From assembly GCA_964016885.1 (NCBI GenBank), contig OZ024743.1, positions 316,696,001-316,760,000 of the forward strand: DNA of 64,000 nt, given 5' to 3'. Under the pieces are notes generated by a model. It saw only the letters and a program-made list of their open reading frames with translations. It did no database searches and was not told the origin of the DNA. Of the stretch, positions 1 to 12,700 are shown piece by piece. The position numbers and the translations under genes were made by a program. Position 1 is the first letter of the stretch, and each line of letters opens with the position of its first letter. The DNA comes from Eledone cirrhosa (lineage: Eukaryota).

Positions 1-230
1 CCTCTCCAGGCCTGAGTACAGCAGATTTCTTCCAGAGAAGGATAGAGAGTGAGAGAATGGAAGTGAGAAAGAGATATAGAAGAAGAATCAACCCCAGTAT
101 TAGATCGGTACTTGTTTTACCAATTTCAAATCAATGAAAGGAAAAGTTGATCTCAACTGTGTTTGAACTCAGAAAGCAGAGAGCCAGAACAAATACCACA
201 AAGCATTCTATCCAACGTTCTAACGACCAA
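1..230 (-). mobile_element. tRNA-derived SINE with composite tail (partial at window edge)
   Basis: 1-40 is the reverse complement of CTTCTCTGGAAGAAATCTGCTGTA..TGGAGAGG seen at ~12660-12700 and ~47455-47495; it also carries the rc of the GAGTTCAAA B-box and CTTTCAT body. Confidence 0.65.
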
Positions 231-1423
231 TTTACTGTATTTACAAAAAAGCAAGCTTACAAACACTAGACAATAGATACAGTGAATAAGACAGTGTTCC
301 AGCATGTCAACAATTCAACTCACAAGTGTATAACTCTTTTGATACCAAATCATCTGAAATAACCCCTGATTCTATGATACAAAATTTTATTTTAAAGTGG
401 TTATATTTATCTAAAACCTTTCCATCATAATTTTATGTAAGAACCATCAGTAATAATGAGAAAGTTAATGATATTAAATCTCTCCGAATTTTTGATTATT
501 TTCATAATTATTTAAAATACACAGGTAGAGTATTTTATAAGAAATACAATAATGAAAGGGTTAAATTAACTAACGAATTACATGACAATTGGCTGGGATT
601 CATCTCATAATTATTTATTACAGCTCACAAGGTTTTCAATTTTATAAATAAATCAACTCTTGCTATACAGTTAATTATTCTCACTCTTGTTCAAAATAAC
701 AAGTAATTCTCAGCTGATATGACTTGAGGCTAAGCAACAACAATTTTGAATAACAGTTCAAAATATAAACCAATCAGAGAGCTTCTTATGTATACACTCT
801 GTGTAAAGGGTGACTACATAAAAGGCTTTTAGTTGATTATGTAAGAGGCTCTATCATTGGCTTGTATTTTTAGCTGTTGCTGTTTAGCCCCAGGTTAGTC
901 CTGATGAAGTTAACCTATGAACGAAAGACATAACCTGGACTAACTGATATGCCCTTCTTCTGAAGGATGTGTTATACAAGTATGATTTAGCTGCTATTTG
1001 TAGTGAAGTGAGTAACCATATTAGAGCTGCCTCATTAATTCATATTTTTAACTGTTGAATGTTGTGATGTCATATGAAAATATTCCACCATAATGTTTGA
1101 AAATTAGAGTTATTTTAAGGAAGATGGTTCATATTTATAGTGTAACATATTGGTAAGTAATGTGTCCAAAATATCTTATTTTGTAATTTTTCAAAGAAAA
1201 CATTAGAAAAACTGTGGAGAAATAAAATATATTAAAATATAAAAAATTTCTCATTAAAAAGAATAAATAACTTAGTTTAAATATATTGATAGAAAGAACT
1301 ATTTTAATGATGTGAGGAAATTTTCAAATTTCAATTAAGAGTCTACAAAAATAGTACAGGGTTTAAGTGAAGTTCTGGAAAATGTATATATAAACACACA
1401 TTTATATATATATCATATTAATG

Positions 1424-1720
1424 AAGGCATATGGCTTAGTGGTTAGAGTGTCAGGCTTACAATTGTGAGGTTGTGTGTTCAAGTCCCAGACCAGGCTGTG
1501 TATTGTTCTTGAGCAAGACACATAGCTCCAGTTCACTCAGCTGTAGAAATGAGTTGCCTTTCCCTTAGACAACATTGGTGGCAAGGAGAGGGGAGGCTGG
1601 TATGCATGAGTAACTGCTGGTCTTCCACAAACAACATTGCCTGGACATGTGCCTTGGAGGGCAACTTTCTAGGTGCAAATCCCATGGTCACTGTTGACTG
1701 AAGAGGGTCTTTACCCTATA
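1424..1720 (+). mobile_element. tRNA-derived CORE-type SINE
   Basis: A-box TGGCTTAGTGG, B-box GTTCAAGTCC, CORE-like TTCTTGAGCAAGACAC..CTCCAGTTCACTCAGCTGTAGAAATGAG, shared with 4963-5105. Confidence 0.75.
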
Positions 1721-1854
1721 TCACCATCATCATTTAACGTCTATTTTCCACATTTGCTGGGTTGTCACATTGAGACAAGTGAATATAGTTTTGTTTAATA
1801 AAACAATAAAGTAATGTTGTGCATATGTGATGGTGAAACTAGTATCCTCCACCT

Positions 1855-2300
1855 CTAACTAACTTATCCTCTGCCTCATGGTCTCAGCCGACAGGATGGA
1901 GAATATATTGCCCCAGAGGACAGTGAGGGTGACGTGCAAGAACAGCCACTCCACCTCGAGGGGCTCATACCTGCAAGCCGCCAACTTTGTTCTGATAGCA
2001 GTGAGCAGGGATGTGGTCCGGGGGCAAAGAATGCCGGAAGTCTCCACTGCTACAGACTTTACCACACACCTATCAGAGAGTGGCTGATACTTTGACAGTT
2101 TGCCCTCTTAGGCCTCGCTGGTAGCTGTATACACCAGGTTGACACTAGAGGTGTCACAGCATGTAGCATCCAAGATTAGAGGCCTGCTCCCACCAAACGA
2201 GAAGATTGTGATGCCATCTGGCCTTTTGCCGTACCCTCAGTATAGCACCACCGGCTCGAGCTAAGAAGGAAAGCCTGCACCATCCTGGCCATGCTTTATG
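1855..2300 (-). pseudogene. 3' fragment of CRE-like RLE non-LTR retrotransposon (endonuclease region)
   Basis: Minus ORF VAVETSGILCPRTTSLLTAIRTKLAACRYEPLEVEWLF aligns with LAVETSGVLGPRATSLLTTIGAELASHRCEPRELEWLF at 15020-15325; rc of 2200-2230 encodes a KRPDGIT motif. Confidence 0.85.
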
Positions 2301-2355
2301 ATCTAAGTTTTTCATAAGCTGATATTTAGATCATCACACAAGAAAACTTACTGTG

Positions 2356-2562
2356 AGTAGGGTACGACAACATGGTATAGTTTACTACAGTGTACTACAA
2401 GGTGATATAGTTCACTGCAGGGTATTACAGGCTGGCATAGTTTACTGCAGGGTACTACAGGGTGGTATAGTTCACTGCAGTATGTACAGTACTATAGTGT
2501 GGTATAGTTTACTGCAGGGTACTACAAGATGGTATAGTTTACTATGGAATGATATAGTTCAA
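2356..2562. repeat. 30-bp minisatellite (~6 degenerate copies)
   Basis: Unit GGTGGTATAGTTYACTGCAGGGTACTACAG in tandem. Confidence 0.85.
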
Positions 2563-3756
2563 ACTTAATAGTGCAAGGTGATGCCCCAGCATGACAGAAG
2601 TCTAAGGAATGAAACCCAATAAAAGAATAATCAATCCATTGGAGTCCCTTTCCCAGTAGATCATAGCCACACAAGGGATTGAACTCACTACAAATATTGA
2701 TTCTCTCATAAAAATCTCAATACATTTTATTATTGTTACTAACACAACTAATAATAATAATACTATTTTTTTTACATAACTTTATTTGATTATATTCCAT
2801 AATTATGTAAGTTATAAATAATTGAGCACTCTTATATGATTGAATATCATTCTGTTGTAAATATGATATTAAACAGTAATGTGCTCATGCATAAAGTAAA
2901 TGATATACTTGTAACTGTAAAGTGTGTGATATGAACACTCTGGTGTTTATTTTTGTGGCTTACCAATGTATGAAGTGAGTTACTCTGCCCTAGGTGCCAG
3001 GAAGACACTCGGCAAGAAATTGAAACAAAACTGAAGAAAAAGAAAAAACACAAATAATAACAATAATAATAATGGTTTCTACTTTAGACACAAGGCCAGC
3101 AATTTGAAGGGAAAACAAGCATTTTAAGGTAATTTTCTCTGCTAAAACAGGGGTCAACTTTGTGGGTCCCATGATAGGTTTCTACTCATCATAGAACCCT
3201 TTTCAAGACAATGTTTTTCAGTCAGATGCTCTTCCTGGCACCAAAACCCTTTAGGCCACCTCTTACAATATACAAGAATAGGGTGTACTTATTCTCAACT
3301 GAACATACACAGTGTTTGCTAATCATCAATGTTTACTAACAATTAAGATATCAATGAGATCAATACAATATTGGAAGAAAACTAAAAAGATTCCAACCAC
3401 ATTTAGAGAACATGAATTAATAAATGGGGGTTTTCTTTTATTTTATTTCTAGGTTAGGAGGAAGGGCAGTGTCTATGATCTTTTTTCAGAATATTCTAAT
3501 GGGTCACTGCTTCACAAAGAACATATTTTATAAATCTGGGGGTGCTCTCATTGAAAAGTAGTGACAGACCCATTCCTCTCTTTCTTCCATCAGTCTTGGA
3601 GCCCCATAAGAAAGGCTCATAAACACAGCCCTTTCTCCCTTCCATCAGTCTTGGAGCCCTATAAGAAAGGCTCATAAATACTGCCATTTCTCCTGACTAA
3701 GAAATAAATACTACACAAGCATGTAGGAGAATATACATATATATATATACATATAT

Positions 3757-3801
<45 letters not shown>

Positions 3802-3950
3802 GATCATCATCATCATCATCATCACCGTTTTACGTCCGTTCTTCCACGCTAGCATGGGTTAGACGGGTTGTCCTGTTGTGGGCAGTGTCTGGTCGGCTGA
3901 CCATGCCTTGCTCATACAGGAACTATATATATATATACATATACATATAT

Positions 3951-4024
<74 letters not shown>

Positions 4025-4040
4025 ATACACACATATATAT

Positions 4041-4291
4041 ATGTTGATTTAAAACTGCACTATCCACAAGTGTTTTTTAGCCTTCATATCATGTCCTCCT
4101 GTTTTATCTGATGAAAACACAAATATTATTGCATGATGATGTTTGTTTTTGAAATGCGCATAATAAAATACATGGAACTCCTTTACCCATCTTTTGTTCT
4201 TATATATTATGTATACTCCAGTCCTACAAACTGTAGAGTGCTTCTTATCCGATATCTGCATTGCTTTATTGTACTACAATAAAACTCACCT

Positions 4292-4293
<2 letters not shown>
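4041..4293 (+). mobile_element. Solo 3' terminus (pLTR end) of the Penelope-like family at 32335-35890
   Basis: Closely matches 35720-35890 and rc of 32335-32590; ends AAAACTCACCTCCT; flanked on both sides by (TA)n. Confidence 0.9.
4100..4170 (+). ncRNA. Minimal type I hammerhead ribozyme (family A)
   Basis: Stem I TGTTTTAT/ATAAAATA, core CTGATGA (4108-4114), stem II AAACACAAATATTAT..ATGATGTTTGTTTT, GAAA (4151-4154), palindromic TGCGCA, TA cleavage site. Confidence 0.85.
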
Positions 4294-4326
<33 letters not shown>

Positions 4327-4329
<3 letters not shown>

Positions 4330-4670
4330 GAAATGACAGGAGGCTGGATTTGTGTAAATCCTTGAAAGGTTTATTATACTATGATCATTTCAATGACCGA
4401 GTTCCGTATGAATCCGGTGATATCATCAGGTATTCGAAATATAATACGTGAATGTAATAGGTAAAATCCATGGGGCTGAAAATCGAGACCCGAGGGCGAC
4501 CGCTATTCTGTTCCTTCAACCTCAGCCGGTCGCCTACTCCGTAATAGCACCACCAACTACAAAAACAAAGACGGTTGAACTGCTTTACGTTGAGTACTCT
4601 CTATATTATTGCATTACGATTGACCATACGGAATAGACCAGCTCTATACAGTGGTGAACCTCAAACCTGA

Positions 4671-4675
<5 letters not shown>
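4327..4675 (-). mobile_element. Probable Penelope-like terminal fragment of a second family
   Basis: ~350 bp of unique sequence embedded in (TA)n on both sides; contains a hammerhead on the minus strand followed by AATAAA. Confidence 0.6.
4376..4433 (-). ncRNA. Minimal type I hammerhead ribozyme (family B)
   Basis: Minus strand reads ATAC-CTGATGA-TATCACCGGATTCATACGGAACTCGGTCATT-GAAA-TGATCA-TA-GTAT: 4-bp stem I, intact core, palindromic stem III, imperfect stem II. Confidence 0.75.
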
Positions 4676-4717
<42 letters not shown>

Positions 4718-4962
4718 CTAAGTATTTCTTCATAGGAGCCTTTATGCTTATAGCCTGGTCTAATTGATTTTTTATATGGTTAATTATGCTAATTGGGAGA
4801 GGAAATGGTATATATTTTATCTAATAATTCTAAGGACATGATTTATGATATATTGCTCTGATTATTTAATTTATTAATTCTTCATTGAGCCACAACGTGA
4901 CCAGTTGCCACATATATATCTGTGACTTTATGTAAATCTTTATCTATCTATATATATATATA

Positions 4963-5310
4963 TGGAGGTACATGGCTTAGTGGTTAGAGCATTGGCCTGG
5001 CAAACGAAAGGTTGTGAGTTCAATTCTCAGACCAGGTGATGTGTTGTTTCCTTGAGCAAGACACTTTATTTCACATTGCTCCAGTTTACTCAGCTGTAGA
5101 AATGAGATGATAGGGATTGGGGTCCATATCATTCCATTGCAAAGTGGCCGTGGAGGTGCCACAGCAAAAAAACACCCAGCACTCACTGTAATGAGGTTGG
5201 TGTTAGGAAGGGCATCCAGCTGTAGAAATCAAGCCAGAATCAGTTCCCGTCCCACCCTTGCAAGCAGGGAAAAAGCGGACGTAAAACGAAATGATGATGA
5301 TGATGATGAT
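4963..5310 (+). mobile_element. CORE-type SINE with RTE-like 3' tail ending (GAT)n
   Basis: TGGCTTAGTGG..GAGTTCAATTC boxes, TCCTTGAGCAAGACACTT core, tail GCGGACGTAAAACG..ATGATGATG. Confidence 0.75.
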
Positions 5311-5999
5311 ATACATATACATATATATATATATATACACATATATATATATATATAAAATGAATTCCATTTAGTAACTGAAGTGGAAACTGGTTAGAAT
5401 GACTAAGGAAAGTATTGTAGGGCAGATTTTACAGGCAAAGACAACTCAAGCAGGAGACCTAAAAGTAGACCATGAGCAAGATGGTTGGATAACAGCTATA
5501 AACTCAGTTGGTCTCATTTTGGGATTAAGTTACTTCTGATAGGACCTCTCAGTGGGTGAAGTGAAGAAGAATGAAAATAGAAGAATCTGGTTGATATTTA
5601 AAGAACTAAGCTACATAGCAGAAGGGAGATTCATCATCATCATCGTTTAACGTCTATCTTCCACGCTAGCATTATGAATACATATATCAAAAGGATTAAA
5701 GTCAACAGTTGAGAGACTGTTCTATATATGGAAAGGGTGAAAGGCTGATGATGGTGGTAGTGGCGGTGACAATAGTGATGGTGGTGGCAATGATGGTAGT
5801 ACTAGTGATGATAATGGTGGCAGTGCTGATTATGGTGGTGATGGCACATCAACACACATAACTGCCCACCACCACTGCAAATATGACACCTCTTATCTTG
5901 CAGCAAATAGAAGCTAATTAATACACATCAACATATGTATACCTGCCACCACTACCAGCATCCCCACAGCCACCACTACAATCATTATTCTGTTTGAGA

Positions 6000-6564
6000 C
6001 TGAGTATATAAGCAGAGAAATATGTGATGAAAAAAAATCTGATGGTAAAATGGGGATCTTATTTTCAAGCAACTTCAAAATTCTATGTACATATATGAGG
6101 TGCTAAAATACTTTCGCTTTGGAGATGAATATTACTCTGGTTTCACTTTGGAGGTGGATATTACACTGGTTTCACTAGGGAAGTGAATATTACACCAGTT
6201 TCACTAGGGAGGTCAATATTACACCAGTTTCACTAGGGAGGTGAATATTACACTGGTTTCACTTTCGTATTTTTTATGTTTTGAATGAATATGGCCTTCA
6301 AAATGGTCAGAAATTTGTAAAAAAATCTTTCCATAATGTTGTGAAAGTTTTGAAACAAAAACTATACTCTAAACAACACTTAAAACATTTTAAATACCAA
6401 AATATTAAAACTTCATAAATATATTCTCCAATCATAAGAATTTCAAAACCGCACCATCTAAACATAATGTATTGAATTGCTGCCTTGGTTTATAAAAGGG
6501 TTTTGGATGTTTGACCATTTCTGACATAAAATAGGGAGGTCAACTTATATTTGAGTATATACGG
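6000..6564. mobile_element. Tc1/mariner-pogo type MITE (longer variant, degenerate left end)
   Basis: Right TIR GGTCAACTTATATTTGAGTATATACGG+TA; internal similarity to 11642-11844 and to rc of 46497-46780. Confidence 0.65.
6115..6266. repeat. 29-bp tandem repeat (5 copies) inside MITE
   Basis: Unit GAGGTGAATATTACACYRGTTTCACTAGG. Confidence 0.85.
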
Positions 6565-6754
6565 TAAGTATGTTTTAAATTAACAACACCATAGAAAAAC
6601 AGGAAGTTAAATAATGAGGTTGAGGAGGAGGAGGATGGTAGTGATGAGGAGGATGATGGTGGTGGTGGTGATGATGAGGAGGAGAAGGATGGTGATGGTG
6701 AATAATTTTAAATAATCAGTCATGTCTACAAAGAATCTGTAAAACATTCAAAAC

Positions 6755-9165
6755 AATATAGTCCCACAGAACTAATATAGTCCCACAAAAACAATATAGT
6801 CCCACAGAACCAATATAGTCCCACAGAACCAATATAGACTCCCAGAACCAATATAGTCAAACAGAACCAATATTGTCCCACAGAACCAATATAGTCCCAC
6901 AGAACCAATATAGACCCACAAAACTAATATAGTCCCACACAACCAATATAGACTCACAGAACCAATATAGTCCCACAGAACTAATATAGTCCCACAGAAC
7001 CAATATAGTCTCACAGAACTAATATAGTCCAACAGAACTAATATAGTCTCACAGAACTAATATAGTGCCACAGAACCAATATTGTCCCACAGAACCAATA
7101 TAGTCCCACAGAACTAATATAGTCCAACAGAACCAATATAGTCCCACAGAACTAATATAGTCCCACAGAGCTAATATAGTCTCACAGAGCTAATATAGTC
7201 CCACAGAACTAATATAGACTCCCAGAACCAATATAGTCCCACAGAACTAATATAGTCCCACAGAACTAATATAGTCCCACAGAGCTAATATAGTCCCACA
7301 GAGCTAATATAGTCCCACAGAACCAATATAGTCCCACCGAACCAATATAGTCCCACAGAGCTAATATAGTCTCACAGAACCAATATAGTCCCACAGAACC
7401 AATATAGACCCACAGAGCTAATATAGTCTCACAGAACCAATATAGTCCCACAGAACCAATATAGTCCCACAGAGCTAATATAGTCTCACAGAACCAATAT
7501 AGTCCCACAGAACCAATATAGTCCCACAGAACTAATATAGTCCCACAGAAGCAATATAGTCCCACAGAACCAATATAGACCCACAGAACTAATATAGTCC
7601 CACAGAACCAATATAGTCCAACAGAACTAATATAGTCCAACAAAACTAATATAGACCCACAGAACCAATATAGTCTCACAGAACCAATATAGTCCCACAG
7701 AACTAATATAGTCTCACAGACCTAATATAGTCCCACAGAACCAATATAGTCCCACAGAGCTAATATAGTTCCACAGAACCAATATTGTCCCACAGAACCA
7801 ATATAGTCCCACAGAGCCAATATAGTCTCACAGAACCAATATTGTCCCACAGAACTAATATAGTGCAACAGAACTAATATAGTCTCACAGAACCAATATA
7901 GTCTCACAGAACCAATATAGTCTCACAGAACCAATATAGTCCCACAGAACTAATATAGTCTCACAGAACTAATATAGTCCCACAGAACCAATATAGTCTC
8001 ACAGAACTAATATAGTCCAACAGAACTAATATAGACCCACAGAACCAATATAGTCCCACAGAGCTAATATAGTCCCACAGAACTAATATAGTCCCACAGA
8101 ACTAATATAGTCTCACAGAACTAATATAGTCCCACAGAACCAATATAGTCCCACAGAACCAATATTGTCCCACAGAACCAATATAGTCCCACAGAACTAA
8201 TATAGTCCAACAGAACCAATATAGTCCCACAGAACCAATATTGTCCCACAGAACCAATATAGTCCCACAGAGCTAATATAGTCCCACAGAACTAATATAG
8301 TCCCACAGAACTAATATAGTCTCACAGAACTAATATAGTCTCACAGAACCAATATAGTCCCACAGAACCAATATAGTCCCACAGAACTAATATAGTCTCA
8401 CAGAACCAATATAGTCCCACAGAACTAATATAGTCCCACAGAACCAATATAGTCCCACAGAACCAATATAGTCCCACAGAACTAATATAGTCTCACAGAA
8501 CCAATATAGTCCCACAGAGCTAATATAGTCCCACAGAACCAATATAGTCCCACAGAACCAATATAGACTCCCAGAACCAATATAGTCCCACAGAACCAAT
8601 ATTGTCCCACAGAACCAATATAGTCCCACAGAACTAATATAGTCCCACAGAACTAATATAGTCCCACAGAACCAATATAGTCCCACAGAACCAATATAGT
8701 CCCACAGAACTAATATAGTCTCACAGAACCAATATAGTCCCACAGAGCTAATATAGTCCCACAGAACCAATATAGTCCCACAGAACCAATATAGACTCCC
8801 AGAACCAATATAGTCCCACAGAACCAATATTGTCCCACAGAACCAATATAGTCCCACAGAACTAATATAGTCCCACAGAACCAATATAGTCCCACAGAAC
8901 CAATATAGTCCCACAGAACTAATATAGTCCCACAGAACCAATATAGTCTCACAGAACTAATATAGTCCCACAGAACTAATATAGACCCACAGAACCAATA
9001 TAGACTCACAGGGCTAATATAGTCCCACAGAACCAATATAGACTCACAGGGCTAATATAGTGCAACAGAACCAATATTGTCCCACAGAACTAATATGGTC
9101 TCACAAAACCAATATAGTCCCACAAAACCAATATAGTCCCACAAAACCAATATAGTCCCACAGAA
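6755..9165. repeat. 19-bp satellite (~125 copies)
   Basis: Unit CCCACAGAACYAATATAGT; the 19-aa periodic ORFs correspond to 3 units. Confidence 0.97.
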
Positions 9166-9388
9166 TCAACCAATATGGTTGTACAGAACCAATAAATAGT
9201 GTGTATGGGGGATTAGTGGAATCATTAGAATGTTTGACAAGATGCCTTATATTGTCAGTTCTGCTGCTTTATGTTCGGAGTTCAAATTCTGTCTAGAGCT
9301 TCTAATATCCTCGTTGATTGCCAAGACTAATTACCCAAACATGGGACTACAATAGATTATAAAAGCTGCTATGGGTGAAAGAATGTTG

Positions 9389-9760
9389 TGATGGCAAAGA
9401 CCCACCCACTACTGATAGCAAATACCCACTCACTAGTGATGGAGAAGACACATACATGCTAATCATAGCAAAGGCCCACCCACTAATGATGGGGAAGATC
9501 CATTCACTAGTGATGGCAAAGACCCACCCACTAATGATGGGGAAGATCCATTCACTAGTGATGGCAAAGACCCACCCACTAATGATGGGGAAGATCCATT
9601 CACTAGTGATGGCAAAGACCCACCCACTAATGATGGGGAAGATCCATTCACTAGTGATGGCAAAGACCCACCCACTAATGATGGGGAAGATCCATTCACT
9701 AGTGATGGCAAAGAACCATCCACTAATGATGGGGAAGATCCATTCACTAATGATAGCATG
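9389..9760. repeat. 48-bp minisatellite built of two 24-bp subunits
   Basis: GATGGCAAAGACCCACCCACTAAT + GATGGGGAAGATCCATTCACTAGT, about 6 well-conserved dimers plus degenerate flanks. Confidence 0.95.
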
Positions 9761-10788
9761 GTGACATCTTCATAAAAATAAGTACAGATGGTGATGGTGA
9801 GTATTGGAATGTATGAAATACCACTGGACTTCTCACACACTATCCCTCCTCTTCTTCCTTTTTCTTTTTCTTCATTTCATTTCCTTTTCTTCTTCCCTTT
9901 AACTACACTAAGCAGTTATCATTATTTTCTCCCATTTGTAATAAATAAATATGTATAGTCATAAAAAAGATGCCTGTTAAGTCACTACTTACTGCCCTCA
10001 TCATAACCTTCTTTCATCTATCACTCTCAAAGCATGTTTATATTTGCATATATGCATGTATACAGTTGTGTATGTATATATGTCTATATATGTATGTAGG
10101 GTGACTTTGAACATCCTGCAGGACTAAAAACAAAACCTGTCAAAGGGCAAAGGAACTCTTAGAGTCAATGGCCATCCAAAATCACCGGGAGAGATGACCC
10201 CTTAGCCTTTGTCAAGGCAGAATTCTAGGAGAAGGAAAACTCTGATATAACACCTGCAACCCTGATGGTATCCAATGATGTTGACTTGTTCTTCTTTTTG
10301 GTAAATATCATCTTGGTTAAGAGAGTGGGACTGGCTTTGTGCAGTGCCTTTGCTCACTATAAAAGCTTCACGGCACAGGCATTGCTTTATATCTGGAGAT
10401 CTCTCTGCACTTGTCGTCACATGGTACCATGGGCCCAGCACTATGTGTCAATGATTGTCACAAGTGTGGTGTTTGTACCAGAGTTTTCAAGTCGCTGGCT
10501 GGACTAAAAAGTCACACTCGTTCAGCGCATCGGTAGGGGTTCTCCTACATGGATATAAAGTAGTGGCCGTACTCAAAAACGAGTTGGCAGCCACCATATG
10601 TATGTATGTATGCATATATGTATGTACATTTATATATGTATATACAAATATACATTTTGTTAGCACTCTGAGAATGGTCAGCTCGCGTATGCTTTCATAC
10701 TATTTCTTATAGTGTGAGTAAATGAGAGCAACTGTGCTATAGTAAATCTTTGTATCGGCTCAGTAACTTAAATATATATATATATGTT

Positions 10789-10820
<32 letters not shown>

Positions 10821-11095
10821 TTTACAAAATTATTATTTAAAACATCACAATCCAGAAGAATGGGAATAACATTGTGTAACACACGTCTTTCACTACTGTA
10901 AGCAATCTTTGATTCTTGATGAATAATCAAATTAATTGATTACACTAACAGAAATTGAATAATAATATAACTCCCTCTCTCTATATATATATATAAATAT
11001 AGTCATATATATAGATCAGATAGGGTGTGGTAAAAACCAGGTGGACGATAACCCACCAGAGTACTCGATACTTTGTGTAGTAGAGTGGGTAATAG

Positions 11096-11202
11096 GAAAA
11101 GATTCAGGACCCCGGCGGCTGAGCTCCGGCTGTTTCGACAGCTAGTTTGGATCTAGCTGTCAAAATGGCCAGAGCTCAACCTGCGGGGTCCTGAATCTTT
11201 TC
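11096..11202. repeat. 107-bp GC-rich inverted repeat (hairpin)
   Basis: GAAAAGATTCAGGACCCC...GGGGTCCTGAATCTTTTC perfect outer arms; ~50-bp arms in total with a 7-nt loop TTTGGAT. Confidence 0.9.
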
Positions 11203-11641
11203 ATATATATATGTATTTATACTTGCATATATGTATATTTGATTATGTGTACATATGTATGTGTGAGTGTATATGTGTATGTGGTTGTACATGCAGTTTA
11301 AAGGAAAGGTCGTGTGGAAGGGGGATGTTTTATCTTAATATTTCCTCTTTTATATTTTTCTGTCTTATTCTTTCTTTTTCTCCTCTTCCTCCTCCCCTTA
11401 ATTATCTCACTCCCACTCTCTCACTCACTTGCCTTCTCTCACTTCCACCCGTCCACTTTCACTCTCACCCCCATTCACACTCTCTCTCTACACATATTTC
11501 AGGGTTTGTCTCCAGAAGAATATGGTATAATCGAAGAATCAGAAGAAACAATCGAAGAACAATCAGCCCTTTTGAGAAACACTCCACATTTATAACATTT
11601 TTTTAATTATTCCATAAATTTGTAAAATAATTTTTTAATTA

Positions 11642-11844
11642 CCATATATACTTAAATATAAGCCGAGGAATATGTGACCAAAAAGTTGATGGTAGAAGTG
11701 GGGCTGAGTAGAGGAGGCTTATATTCAGAGTCAATATTTTGACAATTTTTCACCAACTTCAAATTCTATATAAATAAGGTTTGGATTTTTGCTCATTTCT
11801 CCGACATTAAATAGTGGGGTCGGCTTATATTCGAGTATATACAG
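11642..11844. mobile_element. Tc1/mariner-pogo type MITE (~200 bp)
   Basis: TA-CCATATATACTTAAATATAAGCCGA ... TCGGCTTATATTCGAGTATATACAG-TA: imperfect 25-bp TIRs with TA TSD. Confidence 0.8.
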
Positions 11845-12474
11845 TAAATATTTTTAAGACCAATTAAGATCAAAATTACAAATTTCCTTTTGCCTATTTG
11901 AAAACAAAAAGCTTACAAGAATAATCAAACAGCTTAGATTTGCTGACCAGCTCGTAGTGCTTCTGCTGAAAGTGGGGAATAGGTAGAAGATACAAAAGCA
12001 GTTTGTCATTTTTTTATTTTTTTTATTTTTTAATAAAAAATAAAAAAGGAAATGCACTAATTGTCAGATTGGACCAAGGAAACAAAGTTTCCATTGGAAC
12101 TTCCATTACTGATAATATCTGCTAGGCACAACTCTTGATAGAAGGAACAATGTAATATGTGTTGTTTTGCTTAAGAACAGAATGTGCCGTCCAGTCCATG
12201 AATCTACTAGGCCATGTGCTTTCATCAATTTCCCTGAGAATATAACGATATCGATCAATGATGAATTTCAATTTATTTTGAGTGCTGTTATATTGTAATG
12301 CGGTCCATTTTGACCAAACTATAATTGAAAATTGTCTCAAGTCTGTTTTATACACGTGTCATCTCGAAGAGGAGTTTTTGTATTCCAAATGATGTAAAAT
12401 ACAATAAATGTTATGTTTTATAAGAAACAAATATTGCATTGTCATAATTTTTTCATTTTATTCATGCATGTGTG

Positions 12475-12700
12475 TGTAGTCGTTAGAATGTCAGATAGGA
12501 TGCTTTGCGGTATTCGTTTTGGCTGTCTGAGTTCAAATCCTGCCAAGGTCAACTTCACCTTTCATTCATTTGAGTTGAATAAAAAAGTATCAGTCTAGTA
12601 CTAGGATCGATTCTTCCTCTATATCTCTTTCTCACTTCCTTTCTCTCACTCTCTCTATCCTTCTCTGGAAGAAATCTGCTGTATTCAAGTCTGGAGAGGA
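12475..12700 (+). mobile_element. tRNA-derived SINE with composite tail
   Basis: GAGTTCAAATCCTGCCAAGGTCAACTTCACCTTTCAT body; same family as 1-230 and 47262-47500. Confidence 0.7.

Noticed and set aside
1424-1500. tRNA gene
   Set aside because: A/B boxes are present but there is no intact cloverleaf; the sequence continues into a SINE body repeated elsewhere in the window.
6726-9036. Repetitive hydrophobic ORFs (VLWDYIGSVGLYWFCGTIL)n
   Set aside because: Translation artefacts of the 19-bp satellite.
9375-9840. 129-aa and 125-aa repeat proteins on both strands
   Set aside because: Products of the 48-bp minisatellite; no splice or homology support.
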